Source of the DNA: Camelus dromedarius
Lineage: Eukaryota
Assembly: GCF_036321535.1 (NCBI RefSeq)
Contig: NC_087436.1
Coordinates: 40,426,001 to 40,490,000, forward strand
Direction: 5' to 3'
Length of the DNA: 64,000 nt
The notes beneath the pieces were generated by a model, which was given only the letters and a program-made list of their open reading frames with translations, had not been told where the DNA came from and searched no databases. Positions 26,480 to 38,860 of the stretch are shown piece after piece. Position 1 is the stretch's first letter. Each line of letters starts with the position of its first letter. The position numbers were made by a program, and so were the translations under genes.

Positions 26480-29312
26480 TTGGTATAAATACAGTGTATC
26501 CTGTCAATGTCTGTCATCTCGTGTAACACATACTCCGTAGTTCATGTCACCCATATTAGGCCAGCTGTTTCTTGGTGGGAAGTATGTGGTTATGCTAATG
26601 AATTCCATGAGATTAAGACCATTGTCTGAATGTTGTTGCAAAATGACTTTTCTAATCAGCGGCATTTCTAAATCAGAATCAGTGCTGATTAATATGATAA
26701 TCAAAAAACTTAAATCCATGGGTAGAAGCCCTGGGAAAAGCATTATCACAGGAAAGGGAAATATATATTTAAGTGGTATGTGAGCAGTTGTTACATAATA
26801 TACTCTAGCCTTCCAATCTACCTTGGCCTTTGGACAGCTTCCTCTCTGCTATAGCAAGGAAGCGCTGTCGTATCATCATTATTTGGTATAGACTCCTTTT
26901 GGTTCTAGGATTCAATTAGCCAGTCAAAGCGATTCAGGCATTTCTATTTAATTCTGATACATGGACTACAGAATTTCTATTTAGTGCATGGTGTCAACAC
27001 ATTTTAATTGATCCAAGATTATATATTTTTTCCACCTTGATCTAACACACTAGAATTCACTGTCATACATATTCCTCATAATTTGTCTACATTATTTGGC
27101 TAAATCTTGCAATTATTTTGATATGGTCCCTCTGACTCGGTACCATATTGGTGTGCTAGCTCTGGCTGAGTCAGACTTTGTGCCTGAACCCCTTGGGCCC
27201 TGCGTGGTGGGGGAATGAGTTGAATCAGCAGTCTCATGCCTGAAAACTACCTCAGAGGAGGCTATTACTGTTTCTTCAGGCAGGAGTAAACTAACCACCT
27301 CAGACAAGGGGAGAAGTGCTGCTTCTATTGGCAAAGAAGGCTTGTAGAATCAAAAGGTTCAGGGTCTTTACCTTCATCAGAATCTACGCACATACAAGCC
27401 AATCTTCATTTTTAGGCTCTTTCCCCTTCCCAGTCTGTGTCATTCAGTAGTGCCATATTAGTGCTCAGTGTTTTTCTCTCCTGCCAATTACTAAATAGTG
27501 GTATTAATCAGATCAGCCTGGTTGAAAGGAAGACCATGGTGATGAAACCATGCATGCCCTTTATTTCAAATATCATGGTCTTTTTGTCTGTGAGCCCACC
27601 AAGTAATGTGAGATGATTCAGAGAAAAGGGTGATGGACATCCACAAATTGGGTTACCATACCTACCTGAGTTTTGACAACCTTCTGTTCTTTGGTGAGCA
27701 TTCACATGGAACAGACTCAAAGTCCGTGCTAGGAGGTTCATCTACATAACTTTTCCTATTTATCATCAATCTTCTGCTCTTCTTTTCAAACCTGCAAACA
27801 TCTGTGTGACCCAATAGTATGAGCTAAGCATACAGATCTATGATTCAGCCTAGAAATTCCTCAAAGGCAGAATAAAAGCAAAACAAACAAACAAACAAAC
27901 AAAACCAGATCTATTACTCCAAGTACTGCCCATTGCAGAATTTTCTTTCCTAATATCTGTGAGGAGAACCCAGAAAGGGCAATAGCAGTTTATTTCTAAT
28001 GTCATTACATCATGAAAAAAAAACTATAAATCATTAAACTTGTCATATTGAAGTCTCTGTAAAGACTTATGTGTACTAAGGGAGAGTTAATGGCATAGAA
28101 GAAACACCTTGGGAGTAAGAATCATCTATTCAGGCAACTTACTTTTGTTTCTAGGACCTGCTTGAGTTCAATATTGAATGTTATTTGAGATTTGCAAGTA
28201 CTAACTACTATATAAAATATAGATTAAAAAACAAATTTCTTCTATAAGCACAGGGAACTATATTCAGTATCTATCTTGTAGCAACTTACAATGAAAAAGA
28301 ATATGAAAATGATTATATATATATGTATATGTATGACTGAAACATTACACTGGACATGAGAAATTGACACATCCTAACTGACTATATTTCAATTTAAAAA
28401 AAAAATTGAATGGGATTGGTTTTAGTTGCCAGGTAGCACATCAACTTTCTTCCAACCTGGCCCAGCTGAAAACATTTTTCTTTCTCTGAGCTCCACTCAA
28501 AGACATATAAGAACATACCTATTTATATTCTCTCCTCCCTTATTTAGTAACATCAAAATCTGTCCCCCATGCCAGGATCACCAACAGAAATAAAGTATTA
28601 TCATCTCTTTGGCATGTAACTCTTTTGTTCTTAGGTTTGATTTAGTAATTGATTTCTTAGGACATAGACAATTCTGATTCTATTTATTGGTCAAGCGTCA
28701 TAAGGGGTTGGTATTACCTTGCAAAAAACTGTTTCATGTGATGAGATCCTCATGGAAGACAGGAACAGCCTCAAATGACAGGGAGGAAGAATGTTTCTAT
28801 CAGCCAAGAACAGCCCACTCTTTCCCAATCCAGTGCTCTTACTTCCCCATATTCCTAGACATTCACAGACTCTGAATTCTATCTGTTTTGTGGCTCAGCA
28901 ATCCACAAGATTAAATTCTTCATCTGATTCTGGTTTATCAGTTATGTGACTTCAGATGGACTATTTTCAAGTTTTGCTGTGCTCTGAGCCAAGCAAAGTA
29001 GGTGTTATCTTTTTTAAGAGCTCTATCACAGGTAAAGCAGTCATCTGACCACATAGTCAGATGTGGCTACATGGTTTTTTAATTTGGCTACATGGTTGCT
29101 ACATTCTGGTGTATTAAACCCATCCTATATTTCAGATGAACAAGGCAATGATTTAAATAAGTTTTGCACGGCCTGTTATTTACTCTACTGGTCTCATTTC
29201 CCAATGGCAACTGCATAGCTTCAATATAGCTGAACACTTTTTGAGTGGATAAATTCTAATTTTGGATAAATGGGCCTAGAAAGCTGATTGCTCAAAACCA
29301 CATTTGGTACTA
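26480..29312 (-). mobile_element. Degenerate ERVL/MaLR internal region (gag, RNase H and integrase pieces)
   Basis: Minus-strand peptide PIEAALLPLSEVVSLLLPEETVIASSEVV (ERVL gag); DNA following ELQD.A..Y, ILRVLDQGG and LPWY..EE; RNase H ttggtgagcattcacatgg; integrase F.FP..NA; internal start tagtaccaaatgtggtt at about 29312. Confidence 0.75.
28185..28405 (+). mobile_element. Short L1 3' UTR insertion inside the ERVL interior
   Basis: gatttgcaagtactaactactatata..gcacagggaactatattca..aactgactatatttcaatttaaaaaaaaaa; partial TSD attgaatg on both sides. Confidence 0.85.
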
Positions 29313-29480
29313 GGTATTATGTAACAATATGATTGGTAGTAAATAACAAGACCATTCTAGCTATTTTACAGAGAAAATATTTTTTGACAAACAATTGTTT
29401 AGCTGGAGAATCAGGAAGGCCCTGGCTCAAGGCTTGACTCCAGGAATACAATGGCTGTGATGCAAAGGACAGGGCATTTC
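29313..29480 (-). mobile_element. Partial old MLT1-type LTR, putative 5' LTR of the adjacent interior
   Basis: tattatgtaacaatatgattggtagtaaataacaagaccattctagctattttacagagaaaa resembles the reverse 3' end of old MLT1 LTRs and abuts the internal start. Confidence 0.4.
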
Positions 29481-30179
29481 CTTGAGAAGTCTTCTCTCCA
29501 ATTTTTTAATATTTAGAGTTTAAAAAAAATAATATTTACTGCAAGTCTGGGTCATATATTTTTTTTTCTGCATCTCCTTACCACAGATTTGTTATAACTT
29601 GTGGAGTAATATTAGATAACTTGTGTGTATCCATTTTTTAAAATAATGGAATGTTACATTTATGAAAGCTCAGAAACTGTAGAGTCAAACACTGAACTCA
29701 CTGGACTATAAATTTATAAATAGCTACAAGGTAAAACACGAGTAAAGATACACTATTTTTATGTCTCAGGAAAATAAGTCCTTGCTTAAAGCCAAAACAA
29801 CAACAAAAAAATTACATTCAAATACAAAAGACAAGTTTCATGAAATGCCTAAGTTTAAACACAATGGTATGGTACCAAAGATACATATAGGAGAAACATT
29901 GATCAAAACATAACAGTGAAAAATCATGGAAAAGCTTGGTATATTGAGACAAGGTTAAAATTCTATTTTAAAATGTTATAACTTCTTTTGATGCCAGTCA
30001 GCAATTAAGTAGCAGTGTTTTGTCAGGAAGACTGTAATCTTGAAACACTGTATTTCTAAGCAAAAAGAAAGGAACAGAACCAGCTGTCAGAATCAAATAC
30101 TGCTTTTGCACAGAAAATAGCCAGTGAATCATTAATCATGTAGTCCTGATCTTAGTTATTTCTGGCATTTGTGGGAATT

Positions 30180-30300
30180 AAGAAAGAAGAGAAAGAGGAA
30201 AAGGAGGAAGAGGAGAAAAAGGAAGATGGGGAGGAGAAAGAGAGAGACAAGAAAGGGAACAAGGAGTAGGAATGAGAGAGGGAAAGTGAAGAAAGAAAAT
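30180..30300. repeat. Purine-rich (GA) low-complexity tract
   Basis: About 120 bp that is almost all A/G on the + strand. Confidence 0.9.
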
Positions 30301-30615
30301 CAAGACAGGAATGTGCCCTATTCTCCTGATTTGCCTCAGTGGACATTTGGAAGAGGATGCAGTGTGACAGTAGAATGTCTCTTTTTCATCTGACTATTTT
30401 AAACACAATCTTTTTCTTATTTAAGGTGAGAAGATTGTGTTTTCCTTTCTCTCATATGGTTAATAACTGTAAATTCAGGTCATTTTTCATTGGGCTTCCT
30501 ACCATCCTGAGTTGTCCAGACAAGATTTTGTGTTTGCCTTTGCCAGGTTCTGAAGGTTTCACTATTCTGGACTGACATTATGTTAATTCCTGGATTCCTA
30601 TTCTGATACGATGTT

Positions 30616-31055
30616 GGTAGTGGTTTATTAGTGGCCTCAAAAAGATATGTCCAAGTCATCACCTCTGGCACTTGTCAATGTGATCTTAATTGGAAATAGG
30701 ATCTTTGCAAGTGCAGTTAAGTGAAGAATCTCAAAATGAGATCATCTTGGGCGTAGAGTGGGCCCTAAATCCAATGACACATGTGCTTATAAGAGATGGA
30801 TTTCAGATACAGAGAAGGTGATGTGAAGAAGGAGACAGATTGGAGTGATGTGACTACAAGACCAGAATTGTTGGGCAGCTCCAGAAGCTGAGAGAAAAAT
30901 ATAAATTCTCCCTCAGAATCTGCAGAAGAAACCAACCCTGCCAACACCTTGGTTTTGGACTTCTGTTTTCCAGAACAGTGTGAGAATGAATATCTGCCAT
31001 TGTAGGCTACCATGTTAGTGGTATTGTGTTACCACAGCCCTTAGAAACTGATATA
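30616..31055 (+). mobile_element. MLT1B/C-like MaLR solo LTR
   Basis: aaaagatatgtccaagtc..tgtgatcttaattggaaataggatctttgca..gggccctaaatccaatgac..aaccctgccaacaccttggttttggacttctg..cagcccttagaaactgatata. Confidence 0.88.
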
Positions 31056-31721
31056 GTAGCATTATTTAAGACCCCACAAGGCATATGGGGCAAGCTTACA
31101 GTTCACATGGGTTCTCTGTGATTCTTCATCCATCCACATCCCTGTTAGACTGTCTTTTTGTATCCTTGCAATAAAGAGGCTTAGTAATTGTCTAATGTTG
31201 TGTGGTTATTAAAACTGGTCTCTAAGGCCTATACATATGTGTTTTTTAGAATCACATACTTCTTTCTACTTCAGCTCCTATTGACAAACTTTACTTTTCT
31301 GAGTTTCTATTTTGTTTCTGGAAGTTGTAAATTCCTTCATCTTATTTTAAAGCTCAGCAATGAAGTTTTTTATTTTTTAGATCACACACACTATATATAA
31401 TATGTATATGTGTGTATATATTATATATACACACATACATAGACAGAGCTGTGTGTGTAGGGATCTTTTCACACTGGTTTTGTTTATCATGCAGAAAAGC
31501 ATTTTAAAACTGAAATTAGATAAACGGAATCATATTTTATAGAGGAAAACAGTCTGATTCCCAAAGATGCCTTTATTTAACCAAATGTAATTTTTGTTCT
31601 ATATAAACATTTAAAAAGTATGCAAAATTTGAGAACAGTCCTGGGACTATTTGAAGATTCATCTTTATATCCTACTCCGTAGTAGTTGCAGAATATGCTA
31701 AGAATTCTACGTTCTGTGGCT

Positions 31722-33365
31722 ACTATGTTCACGGATTGGAAGATGTAATATTGTTAAAATGTCTGTACTACCCAAAGCAATTTACAGATTCAGTAAATCC
31801 CTATCAAAATCCCAATGACATTTTTTTTATAGAAATAGGAAAAAAGCCTAAAATTCATATGGAATTTCAAGGGACTCCAAATAGCCAAGATAATCTTAAA
31901 AAAAGAAGAAAGTTGGAGATCTCACATTTCCTGATTTAAGAACATTTTACAAAGCTAATATAATCAAAACATGTGGTACTAGGATAAAGACAGACACATA
32001 AACCAGTGAAACAGAATAGAGAGCCCAGAAATAAACCCTTGCATGTATGGTCGAATGATTTTTACAAAGATGCCAAGACCACACAATGGGGAAAGGACAG
32101 TTTCTTCAACAAATGTCTCTGGGAAAACTTGATATCCATATGCAAAAGAATGAAGTTGAACCTGTACCTTAAACCATACACAAAGTTTAACCAAAAATTG
32201 ATTAAAGATATAAACGTAAGACCTAAAACTATGAAACTCCTAAAATAAAATATAGGGGAAAGTCTAAAGATTGGATTTGGAAATCATTTCTTGTATATGA
32301 CATCAAAGCACAGGAAATGAAAGCAAAAATAGACAAATAAGACATTAAACTCAAAATTGTGTATAAAGAAAACAAAAACAATCAATGGTGTGAAAAGTCA
32401 ACCTACAAAATAGAAGAAAATATTTGTAAATCATGTACTAATTAGGGGTTAATGAGCAGAATATATAGATAACTGCTATAACTCAATAACAAATAAACAA
32501 ATAATTCAATTTAAAAAATGAACAAAGGATTTGATTAGGCATATCTTTAAAGCAGACATACAAATGGCCAAGAACCATGTGAAAAGATGTTCAGTATCAC
32601 TAATCATTAGAGAAATGCAAATAAAAACCTTAATGTGATATCATTTCATAGCCATTAGGATGGACACTATCAGAAAAGAAAAAAAACAAACAACAAACAG
32701 AAAATACCAAGTATTGTTGAGGATTTGGAGAGATTGGAACCCTCATGCACTTCACATGGGAATGTAAAACAGGGGAGTTTCTATGGAAAACAATATGGAG
32801 GGTCCTCAAAAAATTAAAAGTAGAGTTACCATATGATCTAGCAATCCCACTTCTACATGTATATCCAAAAAATTTGGAAATAGTATCTTCAACAGATATT
32901 TACACACCCATGTTCATTGCAGCATTATTCACAAAGGCAAAAGTTGGAAGCAACACATAGGTCCACCAATGAATGAATGGATAAGAAAATGTAGTGTATA
33001 CATACAGTGGAATAGTATTCTTCCTTATAAAAAAAGAAAGCACGTCATCACATGCTACAACATGGATGAAATTTGAGGATATTATGCTAAGTGAAATAAG
33101 CAGTCATAGAAAAATACTGTATGGTTCCAGCATATGAATCAAACTCTTAGAAGCAGAAAGTAGAATGGTGGTTGCCAGGATATGGGGGTGGGGGGTGGTG
33201 CAGAGATGAGTACATGAGAAATGGGGAGTTGTTCAACAGGTATAGAGTTTCCGTTTTGCAAGATGAAGAGTTCCAGAGATTGGTCGCACAACAATGTAAA
33301 TAGAGTTAACACTACTAAAGTGTACAGTTAAAAATGTTTGACTGTGATTTTTAAAATTAAAAATA
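31722..33365 (+). mobile_element. 5'-truncated L1 (L1MB-like): ORF2 C-terminus and 3' UTR
   Basis: Peptides QWGKDSFFNKCLWENLISICKRMKL..PYTK and WRVLKKLKVELPYDLAIPLL..YTPMFIAALFT. 3' UTR agagtttccgttttgcaagatgaagagttccagagattgg. Confidence 0.9.
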
Positions 33366-34948
33366 GGTAGATAAATAGATAGATCAATCTATTGATCTAG
33401 GGGTGTTGTCAGTCCTCTAATACAAACAGAACAAGAAAAAAAAGAATTCTGGATACTTTGGACAGCATATTAATTAGTTGATTCCTACTAAATTATTTGC
33501 AATTGGCACAATTCTTTAGATACTCTCAAGAAACGGGCACACATGAAAGCAATGTGAACAGGTTTATTGGAAAATCTCACATGTCTTATCTCAGTATCTG
33601 ACATTTCACTACATGTAGAAGCAGAATCCACTTACTCTGAAGCCAGCCCATAAACTCGGCTGATGCAACGTGTTATGTTAACCACGGCCATCCGCTGCTG
33701 CGTCCAGCCTTTCTGCAGGTGATAGGTGCCAGCATCACACTCTGAGCTGCCTCCCTGGAGCTGTGCTCATCTGTCAGGTTTCCAAGTCACCGCGCTTCGC
33801 AGCACGGCCCAGCTCCTCATTTATGCACGATGCATTGTGTGTTGGGCAGCTTGCCTAACACATCCCTGCTCTTGCCTTTTTTTCTGACCTAACACAGAAA
33901 CGTCACACATCCTTTTCTTTAAAAACATCACTCATGATCTTCTGTTCATCTCTTCTCTCCCAACCTTGTGAAACGTATCTGCTATAACAACAGGGAGCCT
34001 CTGATTGTGATTGTGAAGGTAAGTTCCTTGGATGGCAGGTTGTGGGAGTGCTAAGATACTGATTAGAATCCAATCCTTTTTAAAAATTTGGAACTGAGGG
34101 GCTCTAGGACACATTACCCTTGCCAGGATCTGTGGTCTCGAAGTCTGAACCTCTGAACAAGTCTTGCTGTCACCTTCTTCAGGATGAACAGGCATCTGGA
34201 ATGTGCTTTCTTATATTTTACTGATTTCTCTTGGCAAAAGAGTTTGGCTAGCATGGGCTGCATGGCATTTACGCGAGAAACTGCTTCTCCAGTTGCTATA
34301 ATGACAAGTGCTTAGATACTTTTTTTTAATGATTTTTTTTACTGGTCAATTTTGTTTCAGAAAAATTTCAAAAGTGAGAGACTTTATCGTTAACTACATG
34401 TTAAAGACAATACTGCAGCATATTAGGGCATCTCAAATATCATTTTGATAAAAAGTTATATTATATAGATAGCAACCTTGTCTCTATCCAGAGAAAGTCT
34501 ATTTTCGAAGTTTACTTATGTTGCTACTGAGCTATACACAGAGCAGATAGCCACAATTTTATTGTCACTGAGAAATCAGCTTACATTTATTCGGGTTCCA
34601 TATAGGCCAGAACGCAGCACAGTGTTTTTCTGCTTTTGTTTTGTTTTGTTTTTCTCTGTTTTGCTTGTTTCAGGTTAGACTGAATGTTTTAGACCAAATG
34701 AATCCCAAGAAGAAGGAGAACTGACATCAAACTCTTCAGTAGGCCTCAAGGGAGCTGTTTTAAACAACCTTGATTTCCAAAGTCAAGAATATGTTTAATT
34801 ATTCAACAGCAGCTTTTGAGAATGTGTGTCTACACTCTGATGTTGTCAAAGTTGACCTTTGTCAGAATTCTAACCTCAGTGGTAAAATGTAGTATTAGTA
34901 GGAGCAAAACAATCCAGGAATCAGCAGATTTTCCACACAGAACGCTGT

Positions 34949-35977
34949 CAGGGTCAGGTACGCAATTTGTGGGGCTCAGTGAGAAATGAAACAGTTCAAA
35001 ATGCAGGGAAAAGCTGCTGTTGAAGGTATTAACACGTAGAGATTTTCCCAGGTTTTTCTGCCCTTTCTCTCTGACTTCTCATGATGTTTTTATTTGCTAT
35101 TTAATGTCACTCTAAGTAAAGAACATTTAACATTTTAAACAATTAACATGAATTTTACTATTCATTTCTATCATGTACAATGACCGTTTTAAATACAAAT
35201 ATCACTACCATCAACTCACATGCAGAACCACCAAAATTACTCCACTTGTGTTTCCTAACTTGTACCTATATGTGTATTCCATTCTTACCAGAACAGTGGA
35301 AACACTACACAAAACTCATTCAAGTGTTTTCGTTTTAGTTCTTTATACACTCACCGTCAACCCCCATCCTCTACCTTTTCGGCTTTCTGATGATGAGAAA
35401 GGAAGAACTGAGAGGAAAAGGAATGAAGGGTTGTCCTACCTTCCCTTTTCCTTCTGTGTCATCAATTTCAGCAAAAGGGGTTGGTTAATATAGGGAAGTA
35501 ACATATGAGTAAGAAGGAATATGGAGGGTTCCTTGGTTATCCATGTAGCTTAGAACCCCATTGCCTTCTTTGTGCATTCAAAGCAGGTTCTGTTTCAGGG
35601 GAAAAGCGTGGTTTCTTGATGCTGTCGGTACCCAGGATGATTCAGGCCTCGAGTTTACACACACTTACCTTGGACTTGCCGTGAATCTTGGTGAACCTCT
35701 TTCCTGTGGACCGTGGGTCCACTGGATCCTGTGCTCACGGGGTCTCCTGAGCACACATGCAAGTGAGATGGCAGGGAATTCCTGACACACATATCGAGTG
35801 TATCTCCTCTGCTTGGTCCATTGTCCTATTAGATTCACTTGCAAAACAGCAGTTCTGAGATCAATTTATTAAAACTGTTAGGACAATGACAGAGTATTAA
35901 CCAGGCTGGGGCCCTCCCAGTGCCGGGTTCTCTGCTCTTGCCTGTCTACAGGTCACATGCCCAAGAATTCAGCCCTA
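34949..35977 (-). mobile_element. Full-length MER45B-like hAT (Tip100) non-autonomous element
   Basis: Ends cagggtcaggtacgcaatttgtggggctcagtg and caggtcacatgcccaagaattcagcccta match MER45 termini. About 1.03 kb. Degenerate 8-bp TSD aacgctgt / attgttgt. Confidence 0.85.
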
Positions 35978-37382
35978 ATTGTTGTATTAATCCAACCTGG
36001 CTCATGAGTAATTTTATTTTGAAATCGCTGCAGCATATGATTTTGATAATAAAAACTAATGGCACTCACGGTAATTGTTAATACCTCCTGTAAACAAGCC
36101 AGGGAGCCTTGAGCAGAACACTAACAGCTAGTTGTGAAATAACAGAAGTTCAGCTCCCATATCTGAGCCTGGCAAGCAGTGGGCACCAGTAATTATTTTA
36201 GTATTTTTATTATTTAATTAAATCAAATATAATTTGTCCTGGATCATTATAATTCCTTGTTAGTTTTACATTGTTGTATGTTTAGAAAATAACTCCTTTT
36301 AAATAACAAAATGCTAGAGAAAGGCATATACCCCATATTAACTTTTTAATATAAAAAGTGTTATTATATTTCTGATTGAGTAATAGGCTTTATTCTAGTT
36401 TAATTCTTTTTCTTTCCCTTTGGATTCCAGAATGCTGCCTATGTTGTAATTTTAAAAATACCAATTTACATTGTCTTTTCAATTCCTGTGTTTTTTCTTT
36501 CTTCCTTGATGGCCCCTAGCTTCAGGGGAAGGTGGCAAATTGTCACTGGAAGGGCCCTCTAGTTCTATGCTCTTCTCCAAATCCTTACTGAGACCCACCA
36601 GGGATGTAATGCATACAAACCTCCCTCTGGGTGTGTGTGACTCTCTACTCCTGGTGTCTGTCATCACTCCAAATGCCCCTAGTTTTGACATCTCCATGTT
36701 TGGGGCTCTTTTTATCCAAACCCCAAAACCTTTAGATCTGCTTGCCTATGCAGTTTGTCTAAGCCTTTTCTCCCACTGTGGCATTAAAGAACATTCAAGT
36801 TTCCTGCAGACCATAATCAGGTCATGAGAAACAGGAATTATAATCCTCAGCCTTCCCTTTGTCTGTCTAAGCCATTCTTCCTCGGGCAGCCACTACATGT
36901 TGGCACTGATACTTTTCAAGATTTTCTTCTGTCTGAGTGTCAAATGAGAAGCAAATTCTTTCTCATTGGAACTCTCCCTAAGGCTGTCGCATTTTCCCAG
37001 TTTTGGCAGAAAAGGGCGAAGGGTGGTCACTGGAAACTCGCTCAAAGGGGAGGATCTTCTCTCCAGTTTTATCCCAACTAAATTTCTCCCTGAAATTCTA
37101 TTCCCACAAAAGATGAAGGACTTTTATCTCCTCATATGAGAAAAAAATGTTCTTATAGAATTTTGATAATTTATCCTATTTTATGGCATTTAGGAAAAAC
37201 TTGGAAGTTTAGAAAAAAAGGTTCTCCTCTCAAGTGGATGGTTTTGGCAGTGCAACACCATGCTATTTTGCCTGAAGTCTTTTTACCAGGTTCTGTTTTG
37301 AAAGGCAAGTATAAACACAATTTTGTTTCCTTTGCTGGATTCTACCATCCCTACAAAGAATTTGATGCCTCTGGCTTTGAGC

Positions 37383-38000
37383 TGTAAGGAACTAAAAATA
37401 ACAAACCCCATTTATAAGTATGAATCCATTACACTTTTTGAGCATTGACCAAGATAGCCTTAATACTTTCCTCAGCTTAACTAAACTTGAGACAAGTTGG
37501 TTTCTGACTGTAGGTCACTGACCTCCCTTTTCTTAGAGCATTTACTTTTAGAAAACTTGTAAATGTTAATTCTTTCTCTGTCCCTTTAAATGTTTGTAAC
37601 ATTTCTTCCAGCTTTCTTCCAGTTTTAGAATGCAGGACTGTCTTTCTCAAGGACCTGGAAATCATCTCTTTGAAATGCAAACATTAAAGGATGTAGCATC
37701 CCTACCTCACAGTCTCCACAAAAGGATAAGCGTCTTGATGGGTACAAATGAGCAGACACACATGGCCTAATCACAGGGAAAACGTTTGCCAACTAAGGAA
37801 TAACACAATGTGCTCAGATTGCATTTGTCAACCTCCCCTCTAATGTCCTCCAATACTTTCCCACTGGATCACGCCAGGGCTTAAAACTCCACCCACCTTT
37901 TGTTTTAGCAGAGCTGAGTTCAGTCTCTTTTCCCTGTTGCAGTAGTATTAAAGCCTTTCTTGCCTACTTAACTTTTATCTCATGCAGTTTTGCTCTGATA
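37383..38000 (+). mobile_element. ERV1 solo LTR (MER34/MER39 group)
   Basis: cttagagcatttacttttagaaaacttgtaaatgttaattctttctctgtcccttt..caggactgtctttctcaaggacctggaaatcatctctttgaaatg; starts with TG, attaaa near the 3' end. Confidence 0.75.
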
Positions 38001-38627
38001 GCATCCTCGAAAGACCTACAAATCTTATAAGTGAAGACCATGAGTCCCCAATTCTTTTGTTCAAAAGCAACAACCATTGCCAGACTTCAAAGAGGAATAT
38101 GGAAAAGATTTTGCAGGACTGACAAGTGTTCACTGTAGAAATAAAGACCTTGACTTGCCAGAGCTTTTCTTCCCTGCCATTTTTAACATAACAAAACATC
38201 CTATCAACCACTGCTAAACTGAAAATGCATTACTCCCTCTTCTGAAAACCAGTCTTAATCAACTATTCCTGGAAGTATCTCATGCATCCTCGTGATTAAG
38301 TTTTCTAAGTACCCCACCTTCCTTCCCCCAAGGTAAAATCCTCCTTTGGAATTGCCTCAGTATTTAGAATGAAGGCTCATGCTTAGTAATGCTCTAGGTA
38401 ATTTTGTTGTAGCTCTTCTCTGAATTGTCTGGGACATTCCTACCCAAGCAACAGCTTGGTAGCTCTAAAGAAAAGATGGATACAGGCTGAAATTTGACAG
38501 TGTATACTTTGCAAGCATATTTTTATAGGCCATACATTTTCATGTTACTTTAAAACATTATTTGTCCTTAAATTATTCATCTAATCCCAATTCATATTGA
38601 ATTACAAGTTCAAATGAGCCTAAAAAT

Positions 38628-38860
38628 TATTGATCCTCAACCAGGGATGATTTTGTCCCCTTGTCCAAGGAGACATTTGTCTCCAGACAATGTCTGGAGA
38701 CAGTTTTGATAATCATAACTGAGAGATGTGGGGCTACCTACTGGTATCAAATGAATAAAGTTCAAGGATGCTATCAGTATTTTATACTGCATAGGACACC
38801 CTCTCACAACAGAGAATTACTTGGTGAAAATATCAGTAGTCTCAAGGTTGAGAAACTCTG
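38628..38860 (+). mobile_element. MER20 (hAT-Charlie)
   Basis: ctcaaccagggatgattttgtcccc..caatgtctggagaca..ggatgcta..cacaacagagaatta..aaggttgagaaactctg; flanks gcctaaaa / gcctagaa. Confidence 0.88.

Noticed and set aside
29042..29063. Hairpin catctgac-cacata-gtcagatg
   Set aside because: An 8-bp stem is expected several times by chance in 64 kb.
30169..30393. Lys/Arg-rich, protamine-like ORF
   Set aside because: It is the translation of a GA-rich low-complexity tract.
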